This document shows positions 1 to 11,375 of a stretch of 64,000 bases of DNA, piece by piece. Location: the NCBI RefSeq assembly GCF_001194135.2, contig NC_068993.1:54352346-54416345 (forward strand), in the 5' to 3' direction. How positions within the stretch are numbered: the stretch's first letter is position 1; each line of letters opens with the position of its first letter. The notes under the pieces were generated by a model. The model was not told the origin of the DNA. It ran no database searches and saw only the letters and a list, made by a program, of their open reading frames with translations. The stretch comes from Octopus bimaculoides. Taxonomy: Eukaryota. A program made the translations under genes and the position numbers.

Positions 1-110
1 TAGATCGTGGTTTCAATTCCCAGACTGGCAGTGTGATGTGTCCTTGTGCAAGACACTTCATTTCATATTGTTCCAGTCCACTTGACCGTAAATGAGTAAC
101 TCCAGAGAAT
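1..110 (+). mobile_element. tRNA-derived SINE (second family), partial
   Basis: GGTTTCAATTCCCAGAC...CCTTG.GCAAGACACTT shared with copies at 61073 and 62053. Confidence 0.65.
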
Positions 111-200
111 GTTGTGATTTTAGTCACTCAAGCACTATGGAAACCAACCTGAGGAGTCAAGACCTAGGGCTACACAGCTACAGAACTACACAGCTTTCTA

Positions 201-417
201 TTGACCCCTTAGCATTCAGACTATTCTGTCAAATGTAAATTTTTATTTATTCACTTTGTTTTGAATTAATCTTGCATTGTCTTAGAGCTTTCAGATTTTT
301 ATGAGGTAACTGTTGATTTTTAGAATGATATTGTAGGGTAGACATGAGGGGCCAGATCTGGCCAGGTTGAATATAAAACAGGTAGAATATTTAAGCTGGA
401 TACATATACAAAGTTAA
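201..417. mobile_element. TTAA-ended MITE, second family (CCCTTTAGCATTCAGA)
   Basis: The same terminus recurs at about 7610-7632 and related blocks at 2570-2690 and 15470-15660. Confidence 0.5.
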
Positions 418-477
418 AGCACATTTGTTCTTCCCTTGACGAGTGTCATTCTAGCCACCACAGCACCAGATGCTCAC

Positions 478-658
478 CTGTAACTGCAACAATGTTTAAT
501 AAACGTCGCATGCTTCGAGGGTTGATATCACTGAAGTAATCGTTTTTAACCAAAGTGTGTGAAAGATCAAAGGTCGAGGTGGTCGTGTTGGACAGTTGGA
601 GACTGGCTGTACGCCATTGTTTGAGCTTCTTCAGTTTTGATTCTGCTGGTTCCTGATG
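478..658 (-). CDS. KIDINS220: KIDINS220 exon (…FDLSHTLVKNDYFSDINPRSMRRLLNIVAVTG); gene continues left of the window
   Basis: 181 bp, CAG/GTGAGC; F.DI.P..MRRLLNIV motif. A second AG 6 nt inside could be an alternative acceptor. Confidence 0.93.
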
Positions 659-1339
659 CTGCACACAAAACAGGAATGATAGAATTTAAATAATGTTGTA
701 CAAAGCCAGTGTGAGTATGATTGGTTTATAAATTCAGACATTTATTCATCAATTACTGGAAAAATAGATTTTTTTACTTATTTTACATATTTACGGTTTT
801 CTTATTTACACACACACACATGTATTTTCCCCACTCTTCTTAACATAAAACCAATGGTAGCCTTAATTCACAAATAAACAATACACACACACATACAAGG
901 AAGGGCTGAAAAGTTCCTGGTTTTAAGGGTATCGTGAAAGGCCTGGTTGGAGGCCCAACCTTCTGAGTTCTTTTGCAGGGCTTAGAAAAACTGAACGACT
1001 GCTGCAATATGTGTGAATCTGAGAGAGAAATATGTTGAATAAAATCATAATTAACTGATTCTCCTGTTAATGGCACAGATGCTAAAAATTAATTGAAACA
1101 AAGGCCATGTATTTCAAAACAAATATGGTAATGAAAGGGTTAATAAATTAACTGAAATAATAAATAATATTGTTCATAACACCATTTCTGTAAAGAGAGT
1201 ATTGTTAAAGCCACTTTTACCCTCATGCATTGCCTGACCCTTCACACAGCTATTAACTCCTGCTAGTTCCCCACTTAGACACATACACACTCATTCCAAC
1301 AAAGAAAACCCAAAATTGTGAAACCAGTTGAAGAATTAC

Positions 1340-2031
1340 CTTAAGTTTTCCTGGAGAATCTGTATAATCTGCTGTACTGAATGAGCTGAAAAGTAGTGAG
1401 TCCCCTTTCTGGACACGTAATCCCTGACTCTGTAGGAAGAATGGTAAATGTACAATGTTTCTTAGGTAGTCGTAACCATGAACATTGGAGTCCAGAACAG
1501 ACACTCGAAGATTCTGCTCGATTCCTTTAATGATGATATGAGGATCGACAGCTAGAATGGTGATAAATGGAGAGTTGTCGTCGGAGAACAAAGTCTTGAC
1601 CGTGTCCAGCACACTCAGTACTTTGCCCTGCTCACAGCTGTCGAGGCCGTCGACGATAACTACAAGTCTGGTTTGAGTTCCAGTGAATGAATCTAAGCAA
1701 AGGACCATTTTACTCATAAGATCAACTTCATGTTTCAGCTTCTGCATGAACCCGTCCATCTTTAGCAATTCGAGTTGGTCGGCAGCTCGAACGATCCGTT
1801 TCTTCTGTGATACAGTCAGTGATAGCAAAGCACGTCCCCATGTATGGATGTTCATAATGAAAGACAAGACAACTATACTGAACAAAGTGATTGTTGCTGC
1901 ATTTATTGACGTGTTCTTGGTGCCGTTCTTCACAAGAAGATACAAGGAAATACAGAAACAGACAAACACCAACATCGCTATCACAAAGTAAGGGATACAG
2001 CAGGCAGTTTTAAATTTACCTTTGCCTTTTT
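1340..2031 (-). CDS. KIDINS220: KIDINS220 large exon: TM3-4 and KAP NTPase Walker B (RLVVIVDGLDSCEQ) region
   Basis: 692 bp, TAG/GTAATT; LKHEVDLM, VDPHIIIKGIEQNL and GYDYLRNIVHLPFFL motifs. Confidence 0.96.
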
Positions 2032-2169
2032 CTACAAACAAAAAGAAACATTATAAATAGAAAGGAAACAAAACATACAAATAAGAATTTTCATTTAGTT
2101 GCATTCCATTTATTGGTCATATTTTATTGAGAAATATAGAAATGTCTAACAATTGATAAGAATAATTCT

Positions 2170-2330
2170 TTCTAAGGCAGTTAGCTGGTGGAATTGTTAT
2201 GCTGGGCAAAATACTTTGTGGCATTTCGTCCATCTTCACGTTTTGAGTTCAATTTCCACTGAGGTTGACTTTGCCTTTCATTCTTTTGGGGTCGACAAAA
2301 AAGTACCAGTCGAGCACTAGGGTTGCATCA
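2170..2330 (+). mobile_element. Nin-domain-type SINE, degraded
   Basis: Similar to 45443-45655. Confidence 0.65.
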
Positions 2331-2973
2331 TTTAGCAACTGCTTTCCATGCTGGTATGGGTTAGACGGTTCAACTGAAACTGGTAAGCTGGAGAGCTGTA
2401 CCAGGTTCCAATTTGATTTGGCATGGTTTCTATGGCTGGATGCCTTTCTTAATGCCAACCACTCCAAGAATGTAATTGGTGCCTCTTACATGCCACCAGC
2501 ATGAGGTGCCAGTTACGTGGCACCAGCATCAGCCATGACTACACTTGGCTTAACAAGTCTTCTGAAGTATGGCATATTGCCAAAGGTGTTGTAGAATGAT
2601 ATTGAGAGACCAGTTCTAGCCAGTTTGAACATAATACAGACAAAATATTTGGGTTGGAGATGGCTGGTTTAAAAGCTAAAGGATTAAAATGGGAAGTTTT
2701 TATCTAAGAACCAGGGTCAATCTCAGGCAGTTAGCTATTAAAAAGGTTAAACTTCATATCTGCAAACAACCAAAAGGCAGGTTGTTCAGGCTGACCGATA
2801 ATCTATAGGAAGACAAAGTGCTCATTGGTGACCTGACAACCAAGACAGTATTAATTCAAATGTACTGCAGTGTAGATGATGTTTGAAGGAGACAAAATAT
2901 GGTGAGGGTAAGGGTGGGTGGAGATGTGGATACATCAGTTGAGGAGGGGAATAAATGGGTTGATTATACTTAC

Positions 2974-3122
2974 TGTAAGACTGTGTCTTGACTATACGGA
3001 ATAGTCGAGCTACTACGACCCCATAAGATCGCTCTGCCTCATCACAAAGAGTCCCAATCATGGCAGCTAGGGACTTCTCACCTCCAACACTTGTCAAACG
3101 AGTACAGTCAGAGAAGAGAAAT
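2974..3122 (-). CDS. KIDINS220: KIDINS220 exon (FLFSDCTRLTSVGGEKSLAAMIGTLCDEAERSYGVVVARLFRIVK)
   Basis: 149 bp, CAG/GTAAGT; FLF.D..RL.SVGGE.SLA.MI motif. Confidence 0.95.
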
Positions 3123-3240
3123 CTGAAAGTGAAAAATGTCAGAGTTGTATGACATCAAGATATCAAACTATATAAATGATGGTGAAGATTAGGTCAAAGT
3201 TGACTCACAAGACTTTATACTACTACTATACTAGCACTCC

Positions 3241-3536
3241 GTTGGTTACAATGATGAATGTTCCAGCCTGCTCATGAAATTAATGTGCAAGTGGCTGAGT
3301 ATTCCACAGACATGTGTACCTTTAATGTAGTTCTCAGGGAGATCCAGTGTGACACAGAATGTGACAAGGCTGGCCCCTTTCAATTACAGGTATAACTCGC
3401 TTTTGCCAACTGAGTGAACTGGAGCAACGTGAAATAAAGTGTCTTGCTCAAGGACACAATATTCCATGAGGAATCGAACTCATGACCTTACGATTGTGAG
3501 CCAAACACCAAAACCACTAAGCCATACACCTTCACA
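3241..3536 (-). mobile_element. tRNA-derived SINE (second family)
   Basis: Near-identical blocks at 35746-36048, 44455-44745 and 61073-61430. Confidence 0.75.
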
Positions 3537-3834
3537 AGACTTTATATAGATAGGATAGAAGATAGGGTATAAAAGAAGACACAGTTTAGTCATCCTTTGT
3601 AAAGTGTTATTAGTGGATGATACTGTGAGCTGGCAGAAGTGTTAGCATGTGTATCAGGACAATTACCCACCATAGGGCAATTCCCCCGACGACAATTATC
3701 CCACTTGGTTAATTACCCCCTTTCCAAGATATTAAGAAGTTACAAATCATCATCTGTTGTCCTCAGGGGTAATTGTCTTGGGGGAGTTATTGTCCATGGT
3801 GGTGGTGGTAGTGGGGTAAATGACCTAGACTCGT

Positions 3835-4028
3835 TAGCACGATAGGTAAATTACTTGGTGGTATTTCATCTGTCTTCACATTCTGAGTTCAAACTCTGCG
3901 AAGGTCAACTTTGCCTTTCATCCTTTTGGGGGTCAATTAAATAAATATCAATTGAGCACTGGGGTGGATGTAACTGATTTATCCCCACCCCACAAAATTG
4001 CCAGCCTTGAGCCAAAATTTGAAGCCTT
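3835..4028 (+). mobile_element. Nin-domain-type SINE, degraded
   Basis: Similar to 33798-34011. Confidence 0.65.
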
Positions 4029-4225
4029 TGTTAGATGATACTGCACACAGAGGTGTGTGTAGCATCCTGTGGTCTCAAGGTATAATAGAAGACACTACAT
4101 ACAGGTGTGTGGCATTTTGAGGCAGTACTTTCTACTGTAGGCATTGACTAATAATGTCTTGTGAGTGAAATTTGGTTGACAGGTAAAGAATTTAAATTTG
4201 CCCTTAAGCAAGCACTGAGCCTTAC

Positions 4226-4379
4226 CTAACGTGAGGTACTTCATTAGAACTCAGTTTGCGAGGGTTCCAAAACAACAAGTACAGCAACATTTTCAAACTC
4301 TTCATCTGTCGTTGAAAAACGTGTGATATGCGTAAAGTGAATTGGTTGGAGTAACGGTGAGTAAAATATCTGATTACAG
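4226..4379 (-). CDS. KIDINS220: KIDINS220 exon (AVIRYFTHRYSNQFTLRISHVFQRQMKSLKMLLYLLFWNPRKLSSNEVPHVR)
   Basis: 154 bp, CAG/GTAAGG; phases 1 in and 2 out fit the flanking exons. Confidence 0.88.
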
Positions 4380-4500
4380 CTGAAAATATAAACAGAGACA
4401 CATGTATATATATCATCATCATCACACACACACATATCTGAAAGAAGAAGCACACTCTAAGATGTAGAGCAATATATATTAAAAATGGGGGAGGCTACTT

Positions 4501-4658
4501 TATGGGATTACCATAGGTTTCCTGTTCATAAACAGTTTAGCTTTATGGTGTATTGTCAGATCCCCAAAACCTATTGGCCTGTTAAAAATTTTGGGGGATT
4601 TGGCGATACACCATAAAAATAAACCCTTTATGGATGGGAAACCTAAGATAATCCCATA
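4501..4658. repeat. Palindromic MITE-like hairpin in a short KIDINS220 intron
   Basis: Imperfect arms of about 69 bp, TATGGGATTA...TAATCCCATA. Confidence 0.8.
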
Positions 4659-4757
4659 ACCAGCCTTCCCCATTTCTAATATATATATATGTATATATAC
4701 ATATTTACATGTATACACATTCATTCTGTACTGCAAAGAGTGCTGTAAAATACGTAC

Positions 4758-4937
4758 CAAAAACGATAGCCTGTAAGAATAACAATCCAAATCCAACACT
4801 GATTCCAACAATCCAGTTGAAAGCTAAACTGAGGCCAAACCCGATGATAAAGTTTAAGAAGAAGAGGAAGAATATCAAAGTTTTTGTGAAATGGAAGTTG
4901 ATTTTCTCATTCTGTTGTGTAAAAGATTTCATCTCCT
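4758..4937 (-). CDS. KIDINS220: KIDINS220 exon, transmembrane helices 1-2
   Basis: 180 bp, CAG/GTACGT; EMKSFTQQ then two hydrophobic segments; phase 1 at both ends fits the neighbours. Confidence 0.92.
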
Positions 4938-5097
4938 CTGTAAAATATTGGGAAAACAGTGACAAAGATTTTAACACAGCATTTTATTGCAGCAAACTTT
5001 GTTACAACAACAACAACAACGGAATCTGGGGGAGGGGATAAGTCGATTACATCAACCCTCAGTACTCAATTGGTACATGTGAGAGAAAGGAGGGCAG

Positions 5098-5346
5098 TAC
5101 AGTTCTATATTTAAGAGATGTGAAATTATTTACATTTGACAGATATTTGTCCTTATCGTGTTTGTTGTTAGCACAATGTTTTGGCTGATATACCCTCCAG
5201 CCTTCATCAGGTGTCTTGGGGAAATTTCGAACCTGGGTTTCCATTCCTAAGGTATTTTTTGATGTTATAATTATTCAGGTCACTACCTGGAATTGAACTC
5301 GGAATCTTGGGGTTGGTAGCCCGCGCTCTTAACCACTACACCATAT
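5098..5346 (-). mobile_element. tRNA-headed SINE with a hammerhead-bearing 3' part
   Basis: A box TGGTGTAGTGG and B box GAGTTCAATTCC at 5278-5345, followed by the motif at 5170-5215. Confidence 0.65.
5170..5215 (-). ncRNA. Decayed hammerhead motif inside a tRNA-headed SINE
   Basis: GACAC-CUGAUGA-A-GGCUG..CAGCC-AAAACAUU-GUGCU; two CpG-type changes separate it from GAAACGUU. Confidence 0.55.
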
Positions 5347-5404
5347 ATCAATTAGCCTTCATACTATGATTAATGTTTTAAAACAGTTCAGACACGCAGT
5401 ACAG

Positions 5405-5666
5405 CCGTGGTTCTCAATTGGGGTTCATAAAACCCTTGGGGTTTTATGGACATAAGATTTTGTTGTTAAAATGTATGCGCAATAAATTGGTAATTACTTC
5501 TGCAATGCACAAAATGTTTTAACAAGTTTTTTTATACGATTCCTAATAATATTTAATCATAAACATATAACAGAATTTTTATTAAACATTGAATGTCCAT
5601 GAGGGTCCACCTGAACAAAATAGGAATCAAAGGGATCCAGAGGTAAAAAATGGTTAGGAAGCACTG
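5405..5666. mobile_element. hAT/Charlie-like MITE
   Basis: Ends resemble CAGTGGTTCTCAA / TT.GGAA.CACTG. Confidence 0.45.
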
Positions 5667-5737
5667 CTCTATACTATGATCAAGGTATTAGGATCACCAA
5701 AGACAATTCAGGTCCCCTCTGAACAATTCAAACTTAC

Positions 5738-5899
5738 TTTGTAATTTGTTGATTAAAAAAGATTTTCCACTGCCCCACTTAGCATAGAGTCCAACTGTTA
5801 TTGGCATACTTAATGACGGTTCACTCAATACATCTGCCAAGGCACTACTGTAGATTTCATAACCAAGAAGGTTTTCAGCATCATTAGCATTCAAGTTTC
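5738..5899 (-). CDS. KIDINS220: KIDINS220 exon, start of KAP P-loop NTPase with Walker A ([11 protein letters not shown])
   Basis: 162 bp, CAG/GTAAGT; [17 protein letters not shown] and Walker A. Confidence 0.96.
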
Positions 5900-5958
5900 C
5901 TGGAAATAGTAAAGTATTTTAAAGAATATAATTAATAGACATGGAGGATTGGTATATA

Positions 5959-6176
5959 CGAGCGGGTGCTGAAAAGTTCCTGGCTTTGGGTAAAAGAAAA
6001 TACAGGAGGATCAGTTAATTATTGATTTTATTCAACATATTCCCCTCTCAGATTCACACACTCATTGCAGTGGTCCTTCAGCTTTTCTAAGCCCTGTAAA
6101 AGAACTCAGAAGGGTGGGCCTCCAACCAGGCCTTTTATGACACCCTCAAAGTCAGGAACTTTTCAGCACCCCCTCA
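5959..6176. mobile_element. Mariner-derived MITE
   Basis: TA-flanked TIRs CGAGCGGGTGCTGAAAAGTTCCTG / CAGGAACTTTTCAGCACCCCCTCA; a truncated, oppositely oriented copy lies at 896-1065. Confidence 0.8.
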
Positions 6177-6918
6177 TAAGTGGGAGATAGATGGAGAGAT
6201 GGTGGGGTATAAGTGATGGGAAATGGTACATAGGTGTGGGTAAGAAATGGTGTATAAGTGTGTGCATGAGGGTGGTGTTGGCAGTGATGTACAGGTGTAG
6301 GAGGCATCGGTGCATACAAGTGCAGAATAGAAATTGATAGATCTGAATGTTGGGCAGGTGGGAGAGCAGTTATGTATAGGTGAGCAGCAGTGATGCACAG
6401 GTATGTGGAGAGAACAATGGTTTAGATAAGTGTAAGGTAGAATTAACTTTTGAAATCCTGTTGAAAAGTCCAAAGCCCAGTGTTGTAATGATTGTTATAA
6501 AAGACGAATGATAGAAGAAGGGTTGAACTTTTCTCCCTTACTTCAGAGAAAATCCTCACTTCAAAATGAATGTAAACAAGGTTACTATGAATCTTGGGAT
6601 ACTGTTTTACATGCTGGTGCCATTTATAAAGCACCCATGCTGGTGCCGCATATAAGGCACTAGTTTTGGGGCCATGTAAACAGCACCCAATGCACTCTGC
6701 ATCAGGAGGAGCATCCAGCTGTAGAAATGATACCAAAACAGACAATTGGAGCCTGGTGCAGCTCCCCAGCTGGCCAGCACCTGTCGAACTGTCCAACCCA
6801 TGCCAGCATGGAAAACGGATATTAAATGGCGATGGTGATGAGTGAGTTTGTGCAGGTGTGTTTATGTGTAGGTGTGAATATCAATGTTTATGAGATAACT
6901 GTAAGAGATCTTACTTAC

Positions 6919-7096
6919 TGTGGCCAAAGATCTGTGTTAGTATTCCTTTATGGTAATAGGCATCAATACTATAGGGTGTCTCCCCTACTTTGTTGCCCTT
7001 GTATAACAGCTGGCTGTTTTTAGGGTTCCGTAATAGCATCTCGGTAATCCTTTTGCTCCGTGCCCGCAGAGCAATATGAAGGGCGGTGTCCCCTTT
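6919..7096 (-). CDS. KIDINS220: KIDINS220 exon, ankyrin repeat 11 plus linker ([45 protein letters not shown]...ILTQIFGH)
   Basis: 178 bp, CAG/GTAAGT; LLRNPK, GETPY.ID and ILTQIFG motifs. Confidence 0.95.
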
Positions 7097-7838
7097 CTGT
7101 TAGCAATACAATAGAACACAGTTGTGTCAGATAGAATATAGTTTCAGCAGAAAAAAATTTTAGTGTTTTATGTCATATATTATAGAGAATATAAAGTAAT
7201 AAATTAAATAATTACATATATACGAATTTATAGGTACAGGAATAGATACAAGTTGAGATTTTCAGGCCAAAATTTACAGCCAAAAAAAGGTCAACTAATA
7301 TAATCAGATGACTTTAGAAGATCAAAATTCAAAATATATTTTTTGAATGTTTACTTTTACGAAACCTCCTTATTTTAACGATTTAATGCACTAGCTTCTC
7401 TGATTGAAACATTAAAAAACCTAACGTGTGAAATGAGATGTAATAAAAAACAAAAAAATTGTTTAAAGTCTCTTCAATTGGTAGCCAGGGCATGTACCAC
7501 CCCCACTGCCCAGTTATGCTACTGATCACCTCATCGAAATCTTGAAGCCACAAGATAAGGCATGACTAATTCAAAACAATGAGAATGAATAATCTCTACG
7601 TGTGACAGAGAAATCTGAATGCTAAAGGGTTGAAATATAATGATTTATCTGATGTGAATAAACAATGGAACACCTGCAATGAAATTGAACTCAAGACCAA
7701 TGAGTTGGTACTCCAATACTGTATGCACTTGACTATTTCACTGTTTACTTAGACATAGCTGTAGATTAATAATAAATGCTGAAGAGAAAAGAGATTGAAC
7801 TGCTCAAGCCTTCACTGAAATGGACAATTCACACTGAC

Positions 7839-7937
7839 CTTGTCGACAGCTGATACTTTAGCTCCTTTTTCCAGCAACATATACACACACCCTTCATTTC
7901 GGTGTCGGACAGCCTTCAGTAATGGAGTGTCACCATC
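7839..7937 (-). CDS. KIDINS220: KIDINS220 exon, ankyrin repeat 10 ([33 protein letters not shown])
   Basis: 99 bp, AAG/GTCAGT; GAKVSAVDK matches the vertebrate protein as recalled. Confidence 0.93.
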
Positions 7938-8687
7938 CTTCATGTAAAGCAAATAATAATTTGATTATATATATGTACATATATCTATCTATATATATGT
8001 ATATATACATATGTATAAGTGTGTGTGTATATATATACACACATACATACATGAATGTATGTATGTATGTGTGTGTATATATGTATGTATGTATGTATAT
8101 ATATATATATTGTATTTGATGGCATTGAAGATGTGAAGGCATATTTGATGCTCCCTAATTCCAGGCAGCTCTTATTTAAGGAAAACGTTTTTAGTGCATT
8201 AAAGCTTATGGCAAGCCTAACCTTATATATAGAGCCAAGAGTTTTTTTTGGGGGGGGGGTGCATCTTATATGCCATCAAATATGGTCGTTTTTATAATCT
8301 TCTATTCCTTTCATACTACAATAAAACATTTTATATACTCAGTACACATCAACAAAACATTATATGCCACACACAAACACTTCAAGTAAGAAAAAAAATC
8401 ATACACAACATACAGCAATCTTCTATGCAGCAACAGAAGTGGGGTGGTTCCCAGGTATGTGTTTTATAGTTTACCTCCTTCAATATGTACACATAATTGA
8501 TGCTATTACAATACAAATAACGTTCAAACATCAAAGTATCATTCTCTCCATTTTAAGGTGCAATTTCTGATGTTAGTATGGGTTGGCAGAGTCTGGAAAA
8601 CAAGATAATTCTCGCTTCTTTTTATCTTGTCAACTCGTCTAAACATTGTGAAATCCAGTATTCACATTTCTTCCTGCATCTACCTTG

Positions 8688-8718
<31 letters not shown>

Positions 8719-8914
8719 GCATTTCACTGTCTTCATCCAAATGATATCAACTACCTCTTCTGCCTACGTCAACTTCATCCCTGTCCCATCATAGCTGACC
8801 TCAGTCTATAAAACAATAAACATCAACTGATGTCTACAAGAGTTTTCTCAACCAATGTCTGCTTTGTTTATTTTGGACAACCAACATATATCAATCAACA
8901 CATAATTGTTTCTA

Positions 8915-9095
8915 ATTTAGGCACAAGGCCAGCAATTTTGAGGAGAGCATCTCTGTAGTCAGAAGTTGTATTTTGATATTGTATTGACCTTGACAGAATA
9001 AAAGGTAAATTTGACCTTGGCAGGATTTGAACTCAGAATGAAAAAAGCTGGAAGAAATACACCAATATATTTTTTTTCTGATGTTACCAGTGCCG
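8915..9095 (-). mobile_element. Nin-domain-type SINE, degraded
   Basis: Reverse-complement similarity to 33798-34011. Confidence 0.6.
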
Positions 9096-9346
9096 CCTGA
9101 TTGGCTCCTGTGCCAGTGGTGCATAAAAGCACCATTTGAGCGTGGTCGTTGCCAGTGCCGCCTGAGTGGCTCCCATGTTCACACACAGATTCCTACCATT
9201 TCACATGTGACAACTTCACACACACATCATTCTGTATGTTACAGTGTCACACATACTTGCCAGTTCACCTCACACATACATAAATACCAGTAATTAGCCA
9301 CATGACCACCACTACTGAGATAAACAAAGAAATATGGCCAACTAAC

Positions 9347-9445
9347 CTTGTTACAGATCTCCAAGTCAGGGTCCATAGCCAGAAGTTGTTTGACGATATC
9401 ATTGTAGCCCTTATCGATGCCCCAGTAGAGTGCAGTTTTACCTTC
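9347..9445 (-). CDS. KIDINS220: KIDINS220 exon, ankyrin repeat 9 (EGKTALYWGIDKGYNDIVKQLLAMDPDLEICNK)
   Basis: 99 bp, CAG/GTTAGT; KTALYW motif. Confidence 0.94.
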
Positions 9446-9813
9446 CTGGATACATTATCGCCATCATCAACAGCATGAACAACATTGTAGAACAAAAAAG
9501 GTAAATTTATAGATTTCTCTTCACATACATGAACATCAGCAATATCAAAATCAAATCAAATGGAAATTGTAGTTGTGAGCCCCGTGCTGGTAGCACGTAA
9601 AAAGCACCATCTGATCGTGGTTGATGCCAGCTCCTCTGGCCCCTGTGCCGGTGGCATGTAACAAGCACCCACTACACTCTCAGAGTGGTTGGCGTTAGGA
9701 AGGGCATCCAGCTGTAGAAATACTGCCAGATCAGATTGGGGCCTGGTGCAGCCTCCTGGCTTCCCAGACCCTAGTCGAACCGTCCAACCCATGTTACAGT
9801 ATTATAAGTATAT

Positions 9814-10085
9814 GCGAGGGCATGTGGCCAAGTGATTAGGGTGTTGCACCCACGATTGCAAGATCATGGTTTCAGTTCCTAGTCTGGCGGTGTGTTGTCT
9901 TCTTGGGCATTGCTCCAGTCCGCTCAGCTGTAAATCGTTAACCCTGCGATGAACTGGTGTTCCATTCGGGGTAAATGTTGGCCTGTCAGCCTAACCAGCA
10001 GGTTGGCTTCATTTGAAAACTACAACAATGTGAGGAAGCACATTGTGACCAGTGGTGAATGACAGTATTCGATAGTCTGATTGAT
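9814..10085 (+). mobile_element. tRNA-derived SINE (second family), degraded
   Basis: tRNA-like head GGCCAAGTGATTAGGGTGTTGCAC. Confidence 0.55.
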
Positions 10086-10194
10086 TCAGTGATAGACACA
10101 TATACATACATATAAACATACACACATATGTAATTTGTGAAGGGGAATTACAGTGTTATAGTCTTCCAATAATAGAGAAATGTCCAATACTCAC

Positions 10195-10293
10195 TGAACC
10201 AGCAATATCTACATCAGCATGTTTACCAAGCAAAGCCTTGACGATATCAACGTGACCTCCTTTCACAGCATGAATCAATATTGTATCACTCGC
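10195..10293 (-). CDS. KIDINS220: KIDINS220 exon, ankyrin repeat 8 ([33 protein letters not shown])
   Basis: 99 bp, CAG/GTGAGT. Confidence 0.95.
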
Positions 10294-10511
10294 CTGGACA
10301 GAAAGAAAAAAAAAAAGAAAAAATATAAACAACAATATCAGACAATTCCTTAACCTTTTCGTTACCAACCCGGCTGAAACCGGCTCTGGTTCTGCAGTAC
10401 AAATGTCTTGTTTTCAAGTTCTAAATTAAAATCTTTCACCAAATCTTAGTCACAATTTATGCTCCTAACACCAGCTTAATGATAACTAAGTTATTTTACT
10501 AAATTCTGGTT

Positions 10512-10680
10512 GGGCAGAAGACAGGGGCTGGCTAGGCAGAAGACAGTGGTTGGCTAGGTAGAAGACAGGGGCTGGCTAGGTAGAAGACAGGGGCTGGCTA
10601 GGTAGAAGACAGTGGTTGGCTAGGTAGAAGACAGGGGCTGGCTAGGTAGAAGACAGGGGCTGGCTAGGCAGAAGACTGCA
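10512..10680. repeat. 22-bp minisatellite GGTAGAAGACAGGGGCTGGCTA, about 7.5 copies
   Basis: Direct reading of the sequence. Confidence 0.95.
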
Positions 10681-10855
10681 CTAGGCTCCACTGTCTGTTT
10701 TGGCAGGGTTTTTATGGTTGGCTGCCCTTCCTAAAACCAATATATAGTTATCTACAATTATATTTTCTAGTAGTTATGGACATCAAGAAACAACAACAAA
10801 AAACTTCACAAAATATTAGAAATATTAAGAGTAAAATAGTGAAAATGTGACTAAC

Positions 10856-10954
10856 TTTATCAACAATGTTAACATAAGCTCCTTTGGCTAGAAGAGCCTG
10901 TGAGATTTCAGTGTAACCTTCTTTGGCACTGATAGCAAGGGCTGTGAAACCATC
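10856..10954 (-). CDS. KIDINS220: KIDINS220 exon, ankyrin repeat 7 (DGFTALAISAKEGYTEISQALLAKGAYVNIVDK)
   Basis: 99 bp, TAG/GTTAGT. Confidence 0.93.
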
Positions 10955-11189
10955 CTAAAGGAAACAAAGCAGACAAATAGCATTGGTTATTCGTGTAATT
11001 TGTGGAAATTAATGAAAAATAATAAAACAAAAAACTTAACAACAAAACTCAACTGCATGTTTCAAAACATGAACAAAATTGTTAACTCATTTCTGTTTAT
11101 AGAAAACAAACAAGAAAAATATATATCATTTCTGACCCTCACAACATCTTAAAGATATAAACCAAGATTTTTCTGACAATTAAATATTC

Positions 11190-11375
11190 TTTCTACTTTT
11201 GGGGTTGATGTAATTGACTGCAGTACTTGATTGGTACTTATTTTATTTTATTGGCCTCGAAAGGGTGAAAGGCAAAGTTGACAAGAGTGGCATTTGAACT
11301 CAGAAACGTACAGAGCTGGAAGAAATGCTACAAAGCAATTCGTCTGGAACGGTAATGATTCTGCCAGCTTGCTAC
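11190..11375 (-). mobile_element. Nin-domain-type SINE, degraded
   Basis: Reverse-complement similarity to 45443-45655. Confidence 0.6.

Noticed and set aside
1683-1991. Plus-strand ORFs over KIDINS220 exons (also 4709-5041)
   Set aside because: Antisense shadows of the real coding strand.
5278-5345. tRNA gene call for this and other A/B-box segments
   Set aside because: Acceptor stems are imperfect and each is fused to a repeat body; these are SINE heads.
10512-10680. CRISPR-like regular repeat
   Set aside because: No unique spacers, no cas genes, eukaryotic context; a plain minisatellite.
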